64,000 nucleotides of DNA, taken from positions 51,708,001-51,772,000 of the forward strand of contig NC_042997.1 of NCBI RefSeq assembly GCF_006345805.1. The letters run 5' to 3'. This document shows positions 1 to 12,660 of this stretch, in pieces; within the stretch, counting starts at the first letter, position 1; every line of letters starts with the position of its first letter. Under the pieces are notes generated by a model, which made no database searches, was not told the DNA's origin, and saw only the letters and a list, made by a program, of their open reading frames with translations. A program made the translations under genes and the position numbers. This DNA is from Octopus sinensis. Taxonomy: Eukaryota.

Positions 1-209
1 TAACTGCAGCCTATGTGCATTCTAATAACTTTCTGCATACATTATGTAGAAACTGCATAACATGAAGCTGTAACATTTCATTGCAGTATCAAATGAGATT
101 TTCAGTCAGTTCAACAACAATGGTTTCAAATTTTGGTATAAGGCCAGCAATTCCAGGAGAGTTGATTATATTGACCCCAGTGCTCAATTAGTATTTATTT
201 TATTGGCTC

Positions 210-2300
210 AAAATATCTGGCAGTGTCGGCTATAGTCTAGTCACCTGGAGTCATACCCAATGACTGGTGTAGTAGCACTATGGTCAACTGCTACAAAGGT
301 AAAGGTGACAATTTAGATACAAATAATTACAGAGATATCAAGTTGTTGGATCAGGTAATGAAGGTCATAGCAAAACTAATTAAGGAGAGAGTCAGTTTAG
401 ATGAGATGCAGTTTGGGTTCGTGCCTGGGAAAAGCACCACTGATGCTATAATTCTGGTAAGACAGCTGCAGGAGAAATACCTAGCCAAAGATAAACCTCT
501 GTACCTGGCTTTCGTTGACATGGAGAAAGCCTTTGACAGGGTTCCCCAATCCCTTATCTGGTGGTCAATGAGGAAACTAGGGATAAATGAATGGTTAGTG
601 AGAGCTGTGCAAGCCATGTACAGTGACACTGTCAGTAAGGTGAGGGTTGGCAACAAGTACAGTGAAGAATTCCGGGTAGAGGTAAAGGTCCACCAAGGTT
701 CAGACCTCAGCCCCCTCCTATTTATCATAGTCCTCCAGTCAATAACAGAGGAATTCAAGACAGGATGCCCCTGGGAGCTCCTCTATGCTGACAACATTGC
801 TCTAATTGCTGAGTCACTATCAGAACTAGAGGAGAAGTTTCAAGAGTGGAAACAAGGATTAGAATCAAAGGGCCTTAGAGTCAACCTAGCTAAAGCCAAA
901 GTCCTAATAAATAGGAAAGCAGGCAAACCACAAATCCCTTCAGGTAGATGGCTCTCCTCGATCTGTAGAAAAGGCGTAGGTAGAAACTTTATAAGATGTA
1001 CCCAGTATAAGCTATGGAAACATAAGAGGTGCAGCAATATCAAAGGACGGCCAACTGGGAAAATAGTTTTTGTGTGTGGCAGACGCTCAGGAGCAATAAA
1101 CACTGAAAATGTGCAGAGAACAACTTCTGCCACATTCCAGGGAGAAAAACTAGAAGTAGTTGATAGCTTCCATTGCCTAGGTGACCAAGTCAGTAGTGGG
1201 GGAGGTTGCGCTGAAAGTGTAGCTGCTAGACTAAGAATAACCTGGGCAAAGTTCAGAGAGCTCTTAACTCTGCTGGTGACAAAGAGCCTCTCGCTCAGAG
1301 TAAAAGGTAGACTGTATGACGCATGTGTATGAACAGCCATGCTACATGGCAGTGAAACATGGGCTGTGACTGCTAAGGACATGCGTAAGCTCACAAGGAA
1401 TGAAGCCAGTATGCTCCGATGGATGTGTAATGTCAGTGTGCATACTCGACAGAGTGTAAGCACCTTAAGAGAAAAGCTGAACCTAAGAAGCATCAGATGT
1501 GGTGTGCAAGATAGATGACTGCGCTGGTATGGTCATGTGGCGAGAATGGATGAGGATAGCAATGTGAAAAAGTGCCACACCCTAGCAGTTGAGGGAACCT
1601 GTGGAAGAGGTAGACCTGGGATGAGATGGTGAAGCACGACCTTCGAACATTAGGCCTCACCGAGGGGATGACTACTGACCGAGACCTTTGGAAATATGCT
1701 GTGCTTGAGAAGACCTGACAAGCCAAGTGAGACCATAATCTCGTGGCCTATGCCAGGGGTGTAACCAGCCCACTTATGCGTACCTTTCCTTCATTGGGCA
1801 CTAAACTCTGCTTGCGAAGACCTGTTGAGGCAAATGAAATCGAAATCAAATTCGATGACTAGCATCCACGTTAGTGGAGCGCTAAGAGCACCATCTGAGT
1901 GTGATCGTTGCCAGAGCGGCCAACTGGCTTCCGTGCCGGTGGCACATAAAAAGCACCATTCAAGCGTGATTGTTACTAGTGTCACCTTACTGGCACGTGA
2001 AAAAACATTCGAGCAAGGTCATTGCCAGTGCTGCTGGACTGGCTCCTGTGCAGGTGGCACGTAAAAAACACCATTTGAGCGTGGCTGTTGCCAGTACCGC
2101 CTGACTGGCCCTCGTGCTGGTGGCACATAGAAGCACCCACTACACTCTCAGAGTGGTTGGCGTTAGGAAGGGCATCCAGATGTTGAAACTCTGTCAGGTC
2201 AGACTGGAGCCTGGTGCAGCCATCTGGCTTGCCAGTCCTCAGTCAAATTGTCCAACCCATGCTAGCATGGAAAGCGGACGTTAAACGATGATGATGATGA
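210..2300 (+). mobile_element. RTE-clade LINE, 5'-truncated and decayed (RT remnant, 3' UTR with subrepeats, (GAT)n tail)
   Basis: ORF 280-1332 has RT motifs ([45 protein letters not shown] for YADD). Stops and frameshifts follow, and the element ends in ...GGACGTTAAACGATGATGATGATG. Homologous copies at 17160-18990 and 33490-34680. Confidence 0.9.
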
Positions 2301-2976
2301 TTTATTGACCCAAAAAAAGATGAAAGGCAAAGTCAACCTTGGTAGAATTTGAACCCAGGACATAAACAGCCAGAAGAAATTCCACAAAGTATTTTGTCCA
2401 AGGTGCTAATGACTCACCCATCTTGCCACCTTTATAATACTAAACCTTCTAGACTTTGGAATTCAAAAAGTTACTATCCCTGCTAAGCAGTGAAAGGTAA
2501 TCATTTGGCACGATCTTCACACTGAGACTAATCACAAAACAAAAACAATCAAACTCATATTCAATGTATAACAGATCCATTTGTATTTTTGATGATTTCC
2601 TCAATAGTTCCAGCATGAGCTACAATGAACTGGATATGCAGTAGATTAAACAAAATGATTTAATTGAGTATGTTGCAGACTGATTTGGCTGTAGGTTTAT
2701 GACAAATATCTATCTACTCCTAAGGGAGCCTCTAAAGCGTTGACTGGTTAGATATAGCAGCCACACTACTTTCAAATAACACCTTACTCTCTTTATTAAA
2801 GGACAACTCAGACAATGTAGTCTTCAATATACAAAAATGATTGCGTGGTAAAGAATGGAATACCTTTGATCAAAGGTCTGCTCAATAGGGGATGACCTGA
2901 GACTAAATAACAATAAAATAATCAATGTAAATAGAGTGTACTTTAAAATTAAAGGAAATTATATAACTTTACTCAC

Positions 2977-3021
2977 AATCATATCTTCATGAGCTGTATC
3001 AACTGAGTTGATTACAGATAC
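2977..3021 (-). CDS. SEC13: SEC13 (COPII/nuclear pore WD40 protein), coding exon 2
   Basis: 45-nt exon flanked by a polypyrimidine TTTTACAG acceptor and a GTGAGT donor. Encodes VSVINSVDTAHEDMI, nearly identical to the metazoan SEC13 N-terminus (M)VSVINTVDTSHEDMI. Later exons lie outside the window. Confidence 0.92.
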
Positions 3022-3229
3022 CTGTAAAAGAAAAAAAAATACAAGATGAAAATGGCAAGTAATAATAATGATCTCTGTTAACCACAAAGGACACAGGACA
3101 AAACATTGTGTGTGTGTGTGTGTTGTGAGGGATTTGTGTGTAAACAGGTTTAATAAAAAAAAATAGTCATAATAAGATTTGAACAGTAAGTATTCCTCAT
3201 TAGGGAGATGTTTGAGGACTACTCGTGGA

Positions 3230-4770
3230 AAAACCCCATAAAACCACAGTTGCTCTGACTTCAGGCAGGTGCTTTTTCTCAATTCTTTATCTCCGATTTA
3301 CAGGTGTATGCTCAGGGCAGGCCCATTCACTCACATCATGCTCACCACTCTTACCCATCTTTCCACAAAACGGCTGGAAGGTAACACTTAACTCTCCTCC
3401 CTTATTTTCCTCTTCAAGTGAAACTTGAATTGACCAAATAGGAAAGGTTTGTTCAGCCCCTTCAATTGCAATGGCAACCAGGCATATAAAAACTGCTTGC
3501 CCTTTCTGGTTAAAAGAAGACAGCAGGGCAATCTTCACAATGGATTCAGTTGATAGATGGATCTGCCCTACACATGTCAACAGGTGTTCGACATAAACCC
3601 ACATGTCAGCAATGCTTGGATACTGGACAAGAACATGCAGGATGGTTTCATTGCCATGCACAAATCTTCAACATGCTTGGCCAACAGCACTTCCATGCCT
3701 GTAGAATTTATTTCAAACTGGCAATGTCTTTGTAGCACTGCCAGATCAAGGATTTTTGGAAGTTATCCATCAATCCTAAGCTGAAAGTTTTCCAGAAGTG
3801 AGCAGCCAGTTGATTGTCTTTAATACCCAGGGTCTCCCCAACAATACCATCACTTTTACCTACCACTAATCCTCTACAGAATGCTAAACTGGATTTTCCA
3901 CCTATTGCAGTGCTCAACTGGCTGAGGGTTGTGAGTACTTGAAGATATTCCACTTTCCAAGTGTTCTCTTTCAGTCTCTGCTTGACCCAGGACTCCATCA
4001 AGGAGACAAGTTGGGGAAAAGCATTTGACGACCACACTTATTCTCTGTCAAGCAAGTGCTAGAAATATTGTAGCTTCAACACATGTTTGCACATCATCAG
4101 CCATGGCACCCCAGTCCACCATGCAGTAGGTGTTGACAGCAGATGGATCACCTGACCTGTCCACAAGAAGCAAAAGAGAATACACTCTAGTGCAGTCAGA
4201 CGAGGACTAGAACATGGCACAATAGTCAGGGAGTAGATGATGGATGCAATGTACACCACCTCTGTCTGACCTTTCAGGGATAGTTTCTGCTGTTACTGGT
4301 TAATTTTCACTCCCAATACCATTTTGTATTCCCCGAGAGTGGTGCCAATTATCGTGATTCGTTTGGTTTTTAACATCACTACACTACGTCGTCAGTATAT
4401 GCTGAAACAGATCTCCCACATCCTTGTTCACATAGGATGCCCCTCAACATCTTCAGCTTGTGCAGTAGTAGCTTCAGGGTCAGTATGTACAACAGGGATT
4501 AGAAGAAACAACCTTGGTAGACCAAGGACATGATGTTGAATGATCCAAGAAATGACAACCTTGGTGGGCCAAGCGCATGATGTTGAATGATCCAAGAGGT
4601 GACCATTCACTCTGAGCACTGAATAGATGTCGATGTCCATTGCAGCAATCCATCCTCTGAATACAGGCCCAAAACTAACTGCCTTGAGGACCAGCACCAG
4701 GTACCGATAGTTGACTCTATCGAAACTTTTGGATTGATCTAAGTTGACCAGGACCTCACCCATGTCAGGT
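3230..4770 (-). mobile_element. Decayed Tx1/L1-like LINE fragment in SEC13 intron 1
   Basis: Fragmented ORFs contain NLDQSKSFDRVNYRYL..VLKAVSFGPVFRGWI (RT) and a C-terminal ETILHVL zinc-knuckle remnant, with many stops. Small internal tandem duplication at about 4510-4597. Confidence 0.7.
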
Positions 4771-5613
4771 TCTTTAAATAATAATAATAATCCTTTCTAT
4801 TACAGACACAAGGCCTGAAATTTGAGGGTGAGGGGCTAGTTGATTACATCAACCCAGTGTACAACCAGTACTTATTTCACTGACACCCCTCCCCGAAAGG
4901 ATGAAATAATAATAATATGGCGTGTGCAACTTTCTCATTCAATAATAAATCTAATTAAAATAAACTTTAATTAAAAAAAAAAAAACGCTTTAACTATCAA
5001 AGGATTGGTATTAAGTAAAATGTATACTCAGACCTATTTTGAAACTCACTGGAGAATTAAATAGCTTGTGTAGAATAACTGTTTATATTATATTCCTCTT
5101 TGCGAAAAAATAACACATCCTCAATTCAAGAAGAGATTCTCAAAATCATTTACCAAGCTAATATTAAATATATTTCATGAGTTTTATTCAACTACTCAGA
5201 AATATGAATTTCATTATTTGTAATGCAGAAAACAATATTGAACATTCATCGGATTTGATTATTGATAATTATTTTTGACTATGAGCCCCGCTAATAAAAT
5301 TCTTCAGAATGGGCCTGACAGACTACAGGTCTGTTCGATTAGAGTAAACAACTATATTTATATTTGGGAACATTCTAGTAGAACAATGATATTTATTTTA
5401 TTTACCTCTTTAATTGTGAACAAAATACACATTAAAATCACTAAATGAAAATAGTTTAGTTTTAAAATAACGATAATATATAAAAAGATGAGTGTTCGCT
5501 ACACCGGTTTGATAGATGTCAAATACTTAATGCCAATTATCAACCGCAATTTATTTTTGTTTCTGTGAAATGAAATAAAAAGAATAAGCAAATATAACAA
5601 GAAATTAACTTAC

Positions 5614-5616
5614 CAT
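5614..5616 (-). CDS. SEC13: SEC13 exon 1 coding part (initiator ATG directly followed by the splice donor); 5' UTR extends to higher coordinates
   Basis: Minus strand reads CAATATG|GTAAGTT. A phase-0 join to exon 2 gives MVSVINSVD... Confidence 0.8.
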
Positions 5617-6639
5617 ATTGAATAACTGATATACACGACTAGAAATGAATTAGACTCCAGGAATAAAAATTATTCTGAGATGAGCTGAAATTTCCTCCAG
5701 CAATACGATGCGGACGTGGCATGCGAGCTCCACAAGGGAGGTTACTGCAGTAACACCGGCGTCATCGACTATTCCTAATTTTAAAAACCATTTTCACAAA
5801 ATTTACTCTTCAGAATACAATTTTAATGTCACATATACATCATGCATTTGTATCTTAAAAGTTTTAAACTACTTCCCTGTCGCTATATATTTCTTTTATG
5901 AACATTTATTAATACCATGTCCTCTGCATTTAAATGTCAGAAAAATAGAAAGATATTAAACTTTTAGATTAACAATTCATAAGAATTTGCATTGCTTTTT
6001 GTCCACATCTAGTTTGAGTTGCAGGGACACCATCGTGTCTTTTGCATTTTCGATCTGACCACACCTGATTTCTTCCAGAAGAAAATCACACAGAAAAAGA
6101 AAGAGTTAGAGAAAGTGAAATCGACTCCAGTACATGATTGATGATACTTTATTTATCAGCCCCGAAAGAATGAAAGGCAAAGTTAAACTCGACAGGAGCA
6201 TTGACTCTGACAATCGGCTGCCTTAATTGTGATAGTTAAAAACGTATAAATTAATTGAGTTTTATTGGCGAAGGTAAAGAATACGCACACCTTCCGTTTT
6301 TTTTTTTTTGCGTTTATTGTTAGGATTACGCCGAAAATGAGTGGTGTGAATATTCTTTACCTCCGCCAGTTTTATTAGCTTACATTGAAGGAATAATATA
6401 AAAAGAAACGAAGTCTTTTGAAAATGCCAGTATGAAATGGGTTTCATTGTCCGTATGATAAGGAGATATTTCAGCATCAGTTAGTCCTCTCCTGGAAAAC
6501 GCACATCTTTAACATAGCTGAGACTTCATTAAAGACTGACTTGCTTTTTTCAGGACCAGAAAATACGGTAGCCTCTGACAAATACTAATCATCAACAAGG
6601 TTCAGGGTCGGTTTCTATCTTGCGGACGTCCTTCCTCTT

Positions 6640-7500
6640 TTCCCCTTTGTAGATGTTCGTTCCTGTCTTACAAGTGGGACGCCATCCAGTGCAACATTTT
6701 CTTGGATAAGCTGATGTGCCGACTTAACTCGCACCGTCAAGCATGTTTCCGCTCGGCCCCCATGCTCCACAGCGGTGCTTCGCTCAACGTAGTGCCATCA
6801 CTCTCGACAGGGATTCAGCTGGATAGCGACTGTTTACTCATCGGTGTTTCCTTGCGGTTTGGCCTCTGGAACTGTGAGCCTCACAAATGTCGCTACGGAT
6901 CCACTGTTGGTTCTTTCGGCCTCCACCCATTGTCATTATAGTGCTGGTCGCTTACCACGTCATGCTGTTCTCAATGAGATTATATAAAGCTTGGCCTAGA
7001 ATTCCACAAGCTTCCCTTCCCAGCTCGAGCCTGCGGAGCTGGACCGAAGGGACGCTAAAAGGCCGGAAGACATGATAATTTTCCCGTTTTGCGGTGGTAG
7101 GTCCCTCGTCTTGGAAGACACATGCTGCAATACCTTCTCCACATCAACTCTGTATATTCGGTTACCAGCCCATGCTTCGCTGCTCGTCAGGCCGAAAAGG
7201 GCAAACTGTCAAAGTATCGACTGCTCTCTAACAGATTTGCGGTTGAGCTTGTGACAGTGGAGACCTCCGGCATTCTCGGTCCCCAGAATACATCCCTGCT
7301 CACTACTATCACGGCGGAGATGGCTATCCGCAAAGTGAGTGGGAATGGCTGTTCCAGCTCGTTTCCCTTGCCATTCTCCAGGGCAACGCCTTTTCCATAT
7401 TGTCCGCCAGGACCATAAGACGAGCTGACTAGTCTTTTCCGTTATAGCTGTTGTACATTACTAGTACATACACCCTTCTTAATAAAACTGTCATAAGAAA
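6640..7500 (+). mobile_element. 3' remnant of a CRE-like non-LTR retrotransposon with restriction-like endonuclease
   Basis: Frameshifted peptides SGASLNVVPS..GVSLRFGL..HKCRYG..GLHPLS (zinc knuckle), KRPED(M)IIFPF.GGRSLV.EDTC (PD-D/E motif region) and VETSGILGP, then AATAAA near 7481. Confidence 0.65.
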
Positions 7501-7538
7501 GAAAAGGCAAAGTTCAGGTGAGACTTAAACAATGGATA

Positions 7539-7892
7539 TCTCTCTATATATAAACGGCAAAATGTCTGTGTGTGTGTCCTTTATACAAATCCACAAGTTT
7601 TCAGTTAGAGGGCTCGCACTTTCTATGATCATTCAAAACCGTCCAAGGGTGGTCGTGCACATCTTTACATTTCCCCAGTCACCCTGCAAAGCCATTATAA
7701 AATCAATAGAAGTGACTTTTTGTGAATTTTCTATCCAAAACCCAATCAAAATGCCCGAAACGTGATACGCCAATTGAATGCCAACTTGCTGTATGTGATT
7801 GGTCGGAGATTTGGACAGTACTCGCGTGTATGTGTGCACGCACGCAGCTGTATATGCACGCACTAGCACTATGACCCGGGTTATAGTGCTAG
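7539..7892 (+). mobile_element. Non-autonomous Helitron (5'-TC ... CTAG-3', A|T target)
   Basis: Starts A|TCTCTCTATATATAAACGGCAAAATGTCTGTGTG, almost identical to the 5' end of the 24012-24374 copy. Ends ...CCCGGGTTATAGTGCTAG|T. Confidence 0.7.
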
Positions 7893-9157
7893 TAATCAAT
7901 AAAAGTTTACCAGATGTAGATCTCACCTAAGTTTTGTAAAGTGATAGTAGTTATATAGGGCTAGAGTATCTAGATCAGTAGAGAGGAGAACCACTCGCAT
8001 GCGAAATCTCTAAAATAAAAAGCCCATAGGCAAAATAAAAATTAAATAGTTTAATAAACATAGTATAAATTTTTAAATTCATTATTTTTTTCATAATAGT
8101 TACGCTTCCCACTGTGATTCACTCCTCGTATTAAAATATGGTTCCTCGATCCTAATCTAGATAGTTTAACGGCCTTCTGAAGAAGTGGTCGTTTCAGTCT
8201 TCAAGACGAAACACGGCTGCTTTTGAGTCCTCGGCAGGAAGATTTCTTCCAAAATTCAAGGGGTTTTGAAATCGTTCTTTTAGAGAGAGGCCCGTCAAAT
8301 ATTCAGGGTTCCTCCTTGGTTCTTTCTGAGCCCGGACTAATATACCGACTAAGTCCCACACCTTCTAAGGCTCCTAGCTGAAACAATAAGTAATCTAATT
8401 AATATGAAACTTAAACTTCACTATAAATTGTCTATTGTAGCTGATAAAGATGTCAAACCGTGGGTTAAACAAGAAATGTTTTATTGAACAATAACCTCCA
8501 AATTAACACCGTTGTAGGAAGTTGTTCAACAGAGTATTTCTTGTTAAACACAGTTTGAATCTGAACATTGAACAGATTAAACTCGGTACCTGAAGTGAAC
8601 AAAGTGACGATTTATTTAGAAACAACGAATCACCCGAAGTGCTTTGAAACTCAAAACTTATAAATCACAAATACAGTCCACTTTTTGTGGTGTTTTCGGT
8701 GGAATAATGTTTCGTTTTATTTTATTTTGCGGTTTCATTTATCTACATTACAATAGTTTTCATGGATGTCTATTTTCAGATTAATCTTTCCTCCATTAAT
8801 TTAATGGATAAGACCGATTTTTTAATTAGGACGGAATCAAAGACGTTATGTCTAATATTATTCCACTACAATGCGACAAATCTTTATATACTGTACTACA
8901 TTCTTATTTTCATAGTGACAGCCAGATTTGAACCCACAGTAACTTCCTTGAGCGATGGGTTCTAAAAAACATACTAAATATATGTTGTATTTAGTTAAGG
9001 TCGGTTTAACAGCATTAGAGACCCCCGGGGTAAATAAATGCACTGGACCCTAAAGTATTAATTGATAGCAAGTCACAACATTACAGAGATTAGAATTCGG
9101 TCTCCAAGACAGGTGAGATCCTCTGGGCAATTGCTCAGTATGTTAATGCCTCAAGAC

Positions 9158-9701
9158 CAGGGCCAGTTTTAAACCAATCGACAGGTTTGTTCAAATTGAG
9201 CCCCGCATACACGCTCAATGATGAATTAAATATTTCCTAATGTTTTTACTGCTTTGAGGATTTACTTAACTATGCTCGTAACAGTCCCAGTCCGATCAGG
9301 TGAAAGAAGTTTTTCAAAACTAAAACTGATTAAAACATATCTAGGATTAGCAATTTCACAAGACAGACTAAATAATTTGGCGATGCTATCTAAAAAATGA
9401 CATTACAATAACTATTGACATTGAAATGATTTTGCAAGTCTTCTCAACTAAAATAGCCAGAACAACCTGCTTTTTTTTTAGGTCTGTTCATTAATAATTA
9501 TTTTGACTTGAAATAAAACAAAACTTTCATATGAACTTCCAATTTTTAATATATCATTGTGGCTAATGGTGAAACCTCAAGCCCTCAGTGCTTTTTGGTT
9601 GGGACTGACGTACTATATAAAGCATAAAATATCAATCTTCAGTTTTGTAGAGGGTTTCACAATTCACTAATTGGGCCCCGCGCTTCCTTGCACCAGCCCT
9701 G
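9158..9701 (+). mobile_element. Internally deleted hAT DNA transposon
   Basis: TIR CAGGGC...GCCCTG and 8-bp TSD CTCAAGAC (9150-9157)/CTTAAGAC (9702-9709). Internal peptide LRIYLTMLVT..SGERSFSKLKLIKTYL...SQDRLNNLAMLS matches the hAT C-terminal dimerisation domain. Confidence 0.85.
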
Positions 9702-12521
9702 CTTAAGACAGCACTGTACTTAATACTACGAAATATTTCTTTCCCAGTGAATTGTCTTAACAGTAATTATAAATATTGTATCTATAAGAGCATTCGATTA
9801 TTTATCAGTCCAACAAACTGATGTTATGTCCTGATGTAGATAGTCTTTGATTTTGTTGCATATTTAGACGTTACATACGTAGACCGTACCAGAATAATGT
9901 AGATTTAAAGTTCGTGCTCTTATTCGCATAAGCATTCTCCAGTTGCTCCATATTAAGACAACATTTAGACATTATTTCGTTTTTGTATTTGGTTTGCAAG
10001 ATTCTTTATGTGAATTGGTTTGTTGAAGCATATTTTATTGTCTGGGGGGAATCATTCTGTTTTAATGCCTTGTTAATTAACACATTCATCGGTTCGATTT
10101 CCACTAATTTACTTATTTTTTTCTAAAATTTTCGTTGCTTCTTGACATTATGATAACGTTAAATTACGAACAGCATTTAGTCATTCTAACGCTAAATTGT
10201 GATTATTTTTTCTTTTAGCGGCATAATACTTATTACCTCAGTTTCACAGCCATTGTGTATTAATTTCTGTCCTTATCACATGTATCATTTTCCCTTTGTC
10301 ATCTGAACTACAAATTCTCAATTTTCTAATAGGCCGGAAAAATTCATCTTTTGATTTTTTTTTTTTAACCTTTTCTTCGACTTTTTAAATGATTATATAT
10401 ACACCAACGTTCTAAATGTGGGTTATTGTACCAAGAACAAATTTGTGATCTAGCCAATTTAGATTGTTGCAGTATTTCCTGTAACAATTCAAATTGGGAA
10501 GCAGGTAGAAAAAAATCTGGTCCTGACCTCGCCCTTATTGTTATTTTTTTTTTCCAACATATATTTATATAAATGAAAATAAAAATAAAGTCTGGGGTGC
10601 AGGAACAAAATCAGGTTTGTGCTTCTCGTTTTTGCAGTCACCTTATATATATATTTTTTTACTCTCGAATACGTACATTTACAACTCTTGGCTAATTTTT
10701 ACTATTACACATAAAATCTCTGATAGGTAAATTTTTGGAATAGCCATCAGTACCTCATGTACAAAGAAAAGGACAAAGAACTGGGTGGTTGTTTCCTTCT
10801 GTGAAACATTTTTGTTAAAAATATGTATTTTTTTTACATTTTTGCCCCTCCATCAAACCATACCCTTTATCGTTAGAAAGAAAATGGCATTAATATCAAA
10901 TGTGGGTGGTAAGGGAAATTCGTGAGGAATGCCCTCATTTGAGTGTTAACTAAAATTAACTCCTGACATTTGACAACACTAGTGTAGTATCCGTAGAAAA
11001 TAACTGGGTTTATTTCTTCCTCCTTTCAGTAATTCTTGATATTTTGGTTCAAGACTTATATTTTTGTGTATCATTCTGTCTTCTCTACTCTAATACTTTC
11101 TCTTTCACCTCTGGGCCGAAACCGAACGCGGTTCCTTCTGATGATGTCTTGAGCTAACTGGATCCTATAAAGGAGCTGTTGTTGTAGCAGACCACGAAAC
11201 ACGGTTGAAATTCCTCCTGTACTAAAATGATTTAAAAAAGAGCACTGAAAGATATGCTTTGTGGTGAAGCAGAAATAATTCTTAACCAACTGTGATGAGA
11301 AGGGAAATTCTTAAAGTGAATTAAAATTCATCTCAAAAGGAGCAAGGAAGAGGACTCTGAATTTTGAGTTGGTTAAAATGAAAAGGTAATATGTAGAGAA
11401 TAATCGGCTTAAACTGGTAACTAGAGTAACCAGCCTGACATTAACTTCCTCACTACATTGCTATCTGGTCGTAGAATGATTTGAAGAGTATATGTATTTG
11501 ATATGAAAGTAACCTACTGATTAGGTAATTTAAAATAATGACATTAGGGATCATGGAAATGCATCCTACATGAAGAACATAAAATTAAGTCCAAGTCCTT
11601 AATGTTGTAAATCGAAAATAATTGTCAAGCAAATTATACTCCTAATGAAAAAAAAAGTTTATAAAAATGTAGGGATGTAGGAAGAGGTCCTACTTAAGTT
11701 AATGATTTGTTTAATTGTTTTCCATTACTCTTTGGGGAAATTTGACACTGCTTTTTGTCTTTGTCCTTTAAACTTAAGTTTTAGTTCACACGAAAGGACA
11801 GTGAATAGCATTCCACACTGGATACAACTTAGATGTGTATGATTTATCTGACTTATTTTTATGTCTCACATTTGATTCTAGCTGAGCTATTTCAGCATTT
11901 TAAACGTCGTCTTCAGTTATATGTGAGCTCTTTTTTTTATACAATTTTCAATCTAATTTTTTTTTTACCAAATTTACAATGAAGACATTACTACAAATAT
12001 GGATCATTCTGTGCGAATTGATTGAGCAAGAATTTAGTAAATAAGGCAATAGGATTCAGTTTTCAACAAAATAAACCTGATCAGGCTGAATAATGTGGAT
12101 TGCCTGAACAGCACATGTCAATATCTAAGGCTGAAAGTTGAACGCAGAGTTGAAGTGATCTCTGGTGTTAAAAGGGTCAATACAATGTTACACCTATAAA
12201 TAACGTCCATTATGCTGTATATCAATTGTTTTGCATTAAAGCTGTTGAGATATCCAAATGAAATGCTGTTAACTAAACAGATACAGTACAAGTAGAAGAA
12301 TAGAAAGGATGAGAATGGCTTGCTGGATCCGCTAAGATATCAAAGTAAATTTTCGGACAGTTCAAGAAATTTTACTATTTAATAAGTTTTATTTCAATTC
12401 TAACTCAACATGCAAATAATATGAATACAATAAAGAACATGAAATCAATTGACATCCCGTCTCTTGTTAACTGTTAGTTACAGAAGACAAAATTTTGCAC
12501 TGCCTTGTCTTGGTCGCATGA

Positions 12522-12660
12522 ATGGCGACTGGACTTCAATTGGAGTGCTCGTACTTGAGTATTTCTTCAGTAGGGGGCAGCTTCATCGAAGAAACTGGCG
12601 AATGTTATTTCTATTCCCGGCTTACCTTAATCGCACAACATATATTCTGCACTGACACAG
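12522..12660 (+). CDS. UHMK1: Probable first coding exon of the UHMK1-like gene ([46 protein letters not shown])
   Basis: Open frame from ATG 12522 to a strong CAG|GTAAGG donor. Ends in phase 1, as the 33191 exon requires. No homology support, so it could be 5' UTR. Confidence 0.5.

Larger units (their letters stand above)
5620..12521. promoter_or_regulatory. Divergent intergenic region expected to hold the SEC13 and UHMK1-like promoters
   Basis: Lies between the two 5' ends. CpG dinucleotides appear better retained near 5700-5770 and 12500-12640 than in the introns. TSS positions cannot be determined. Confidence 0.4.

Noticed and set aside
280-1332. 350-aa reverse transcriptase ORF as an active or domesticated RT, retron or similar system
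   Set aside because: The catalytic YADD is mutated to YADN, the ORF stops prematurely and is 5'-truncated, and homologous decayed copies exist in the window. It is an ordinary RTE LINE.
1860-2140. Regularly spaced GGTGGCACRTAAAAAGCACC repeats resembling a CRISPR array (also 18640-18830 and 32080-32240)
   Set aside because: They are subrepeats of the RTE 3' UTR. The spacers are similar to each other, the context is eukaryotic, and there are no cas genes.
8175-8215. CTGAAGA...GAAAC as a hammerhead
   Set aside because: I could not form convincing stems I and III or find a cleavage triplet.
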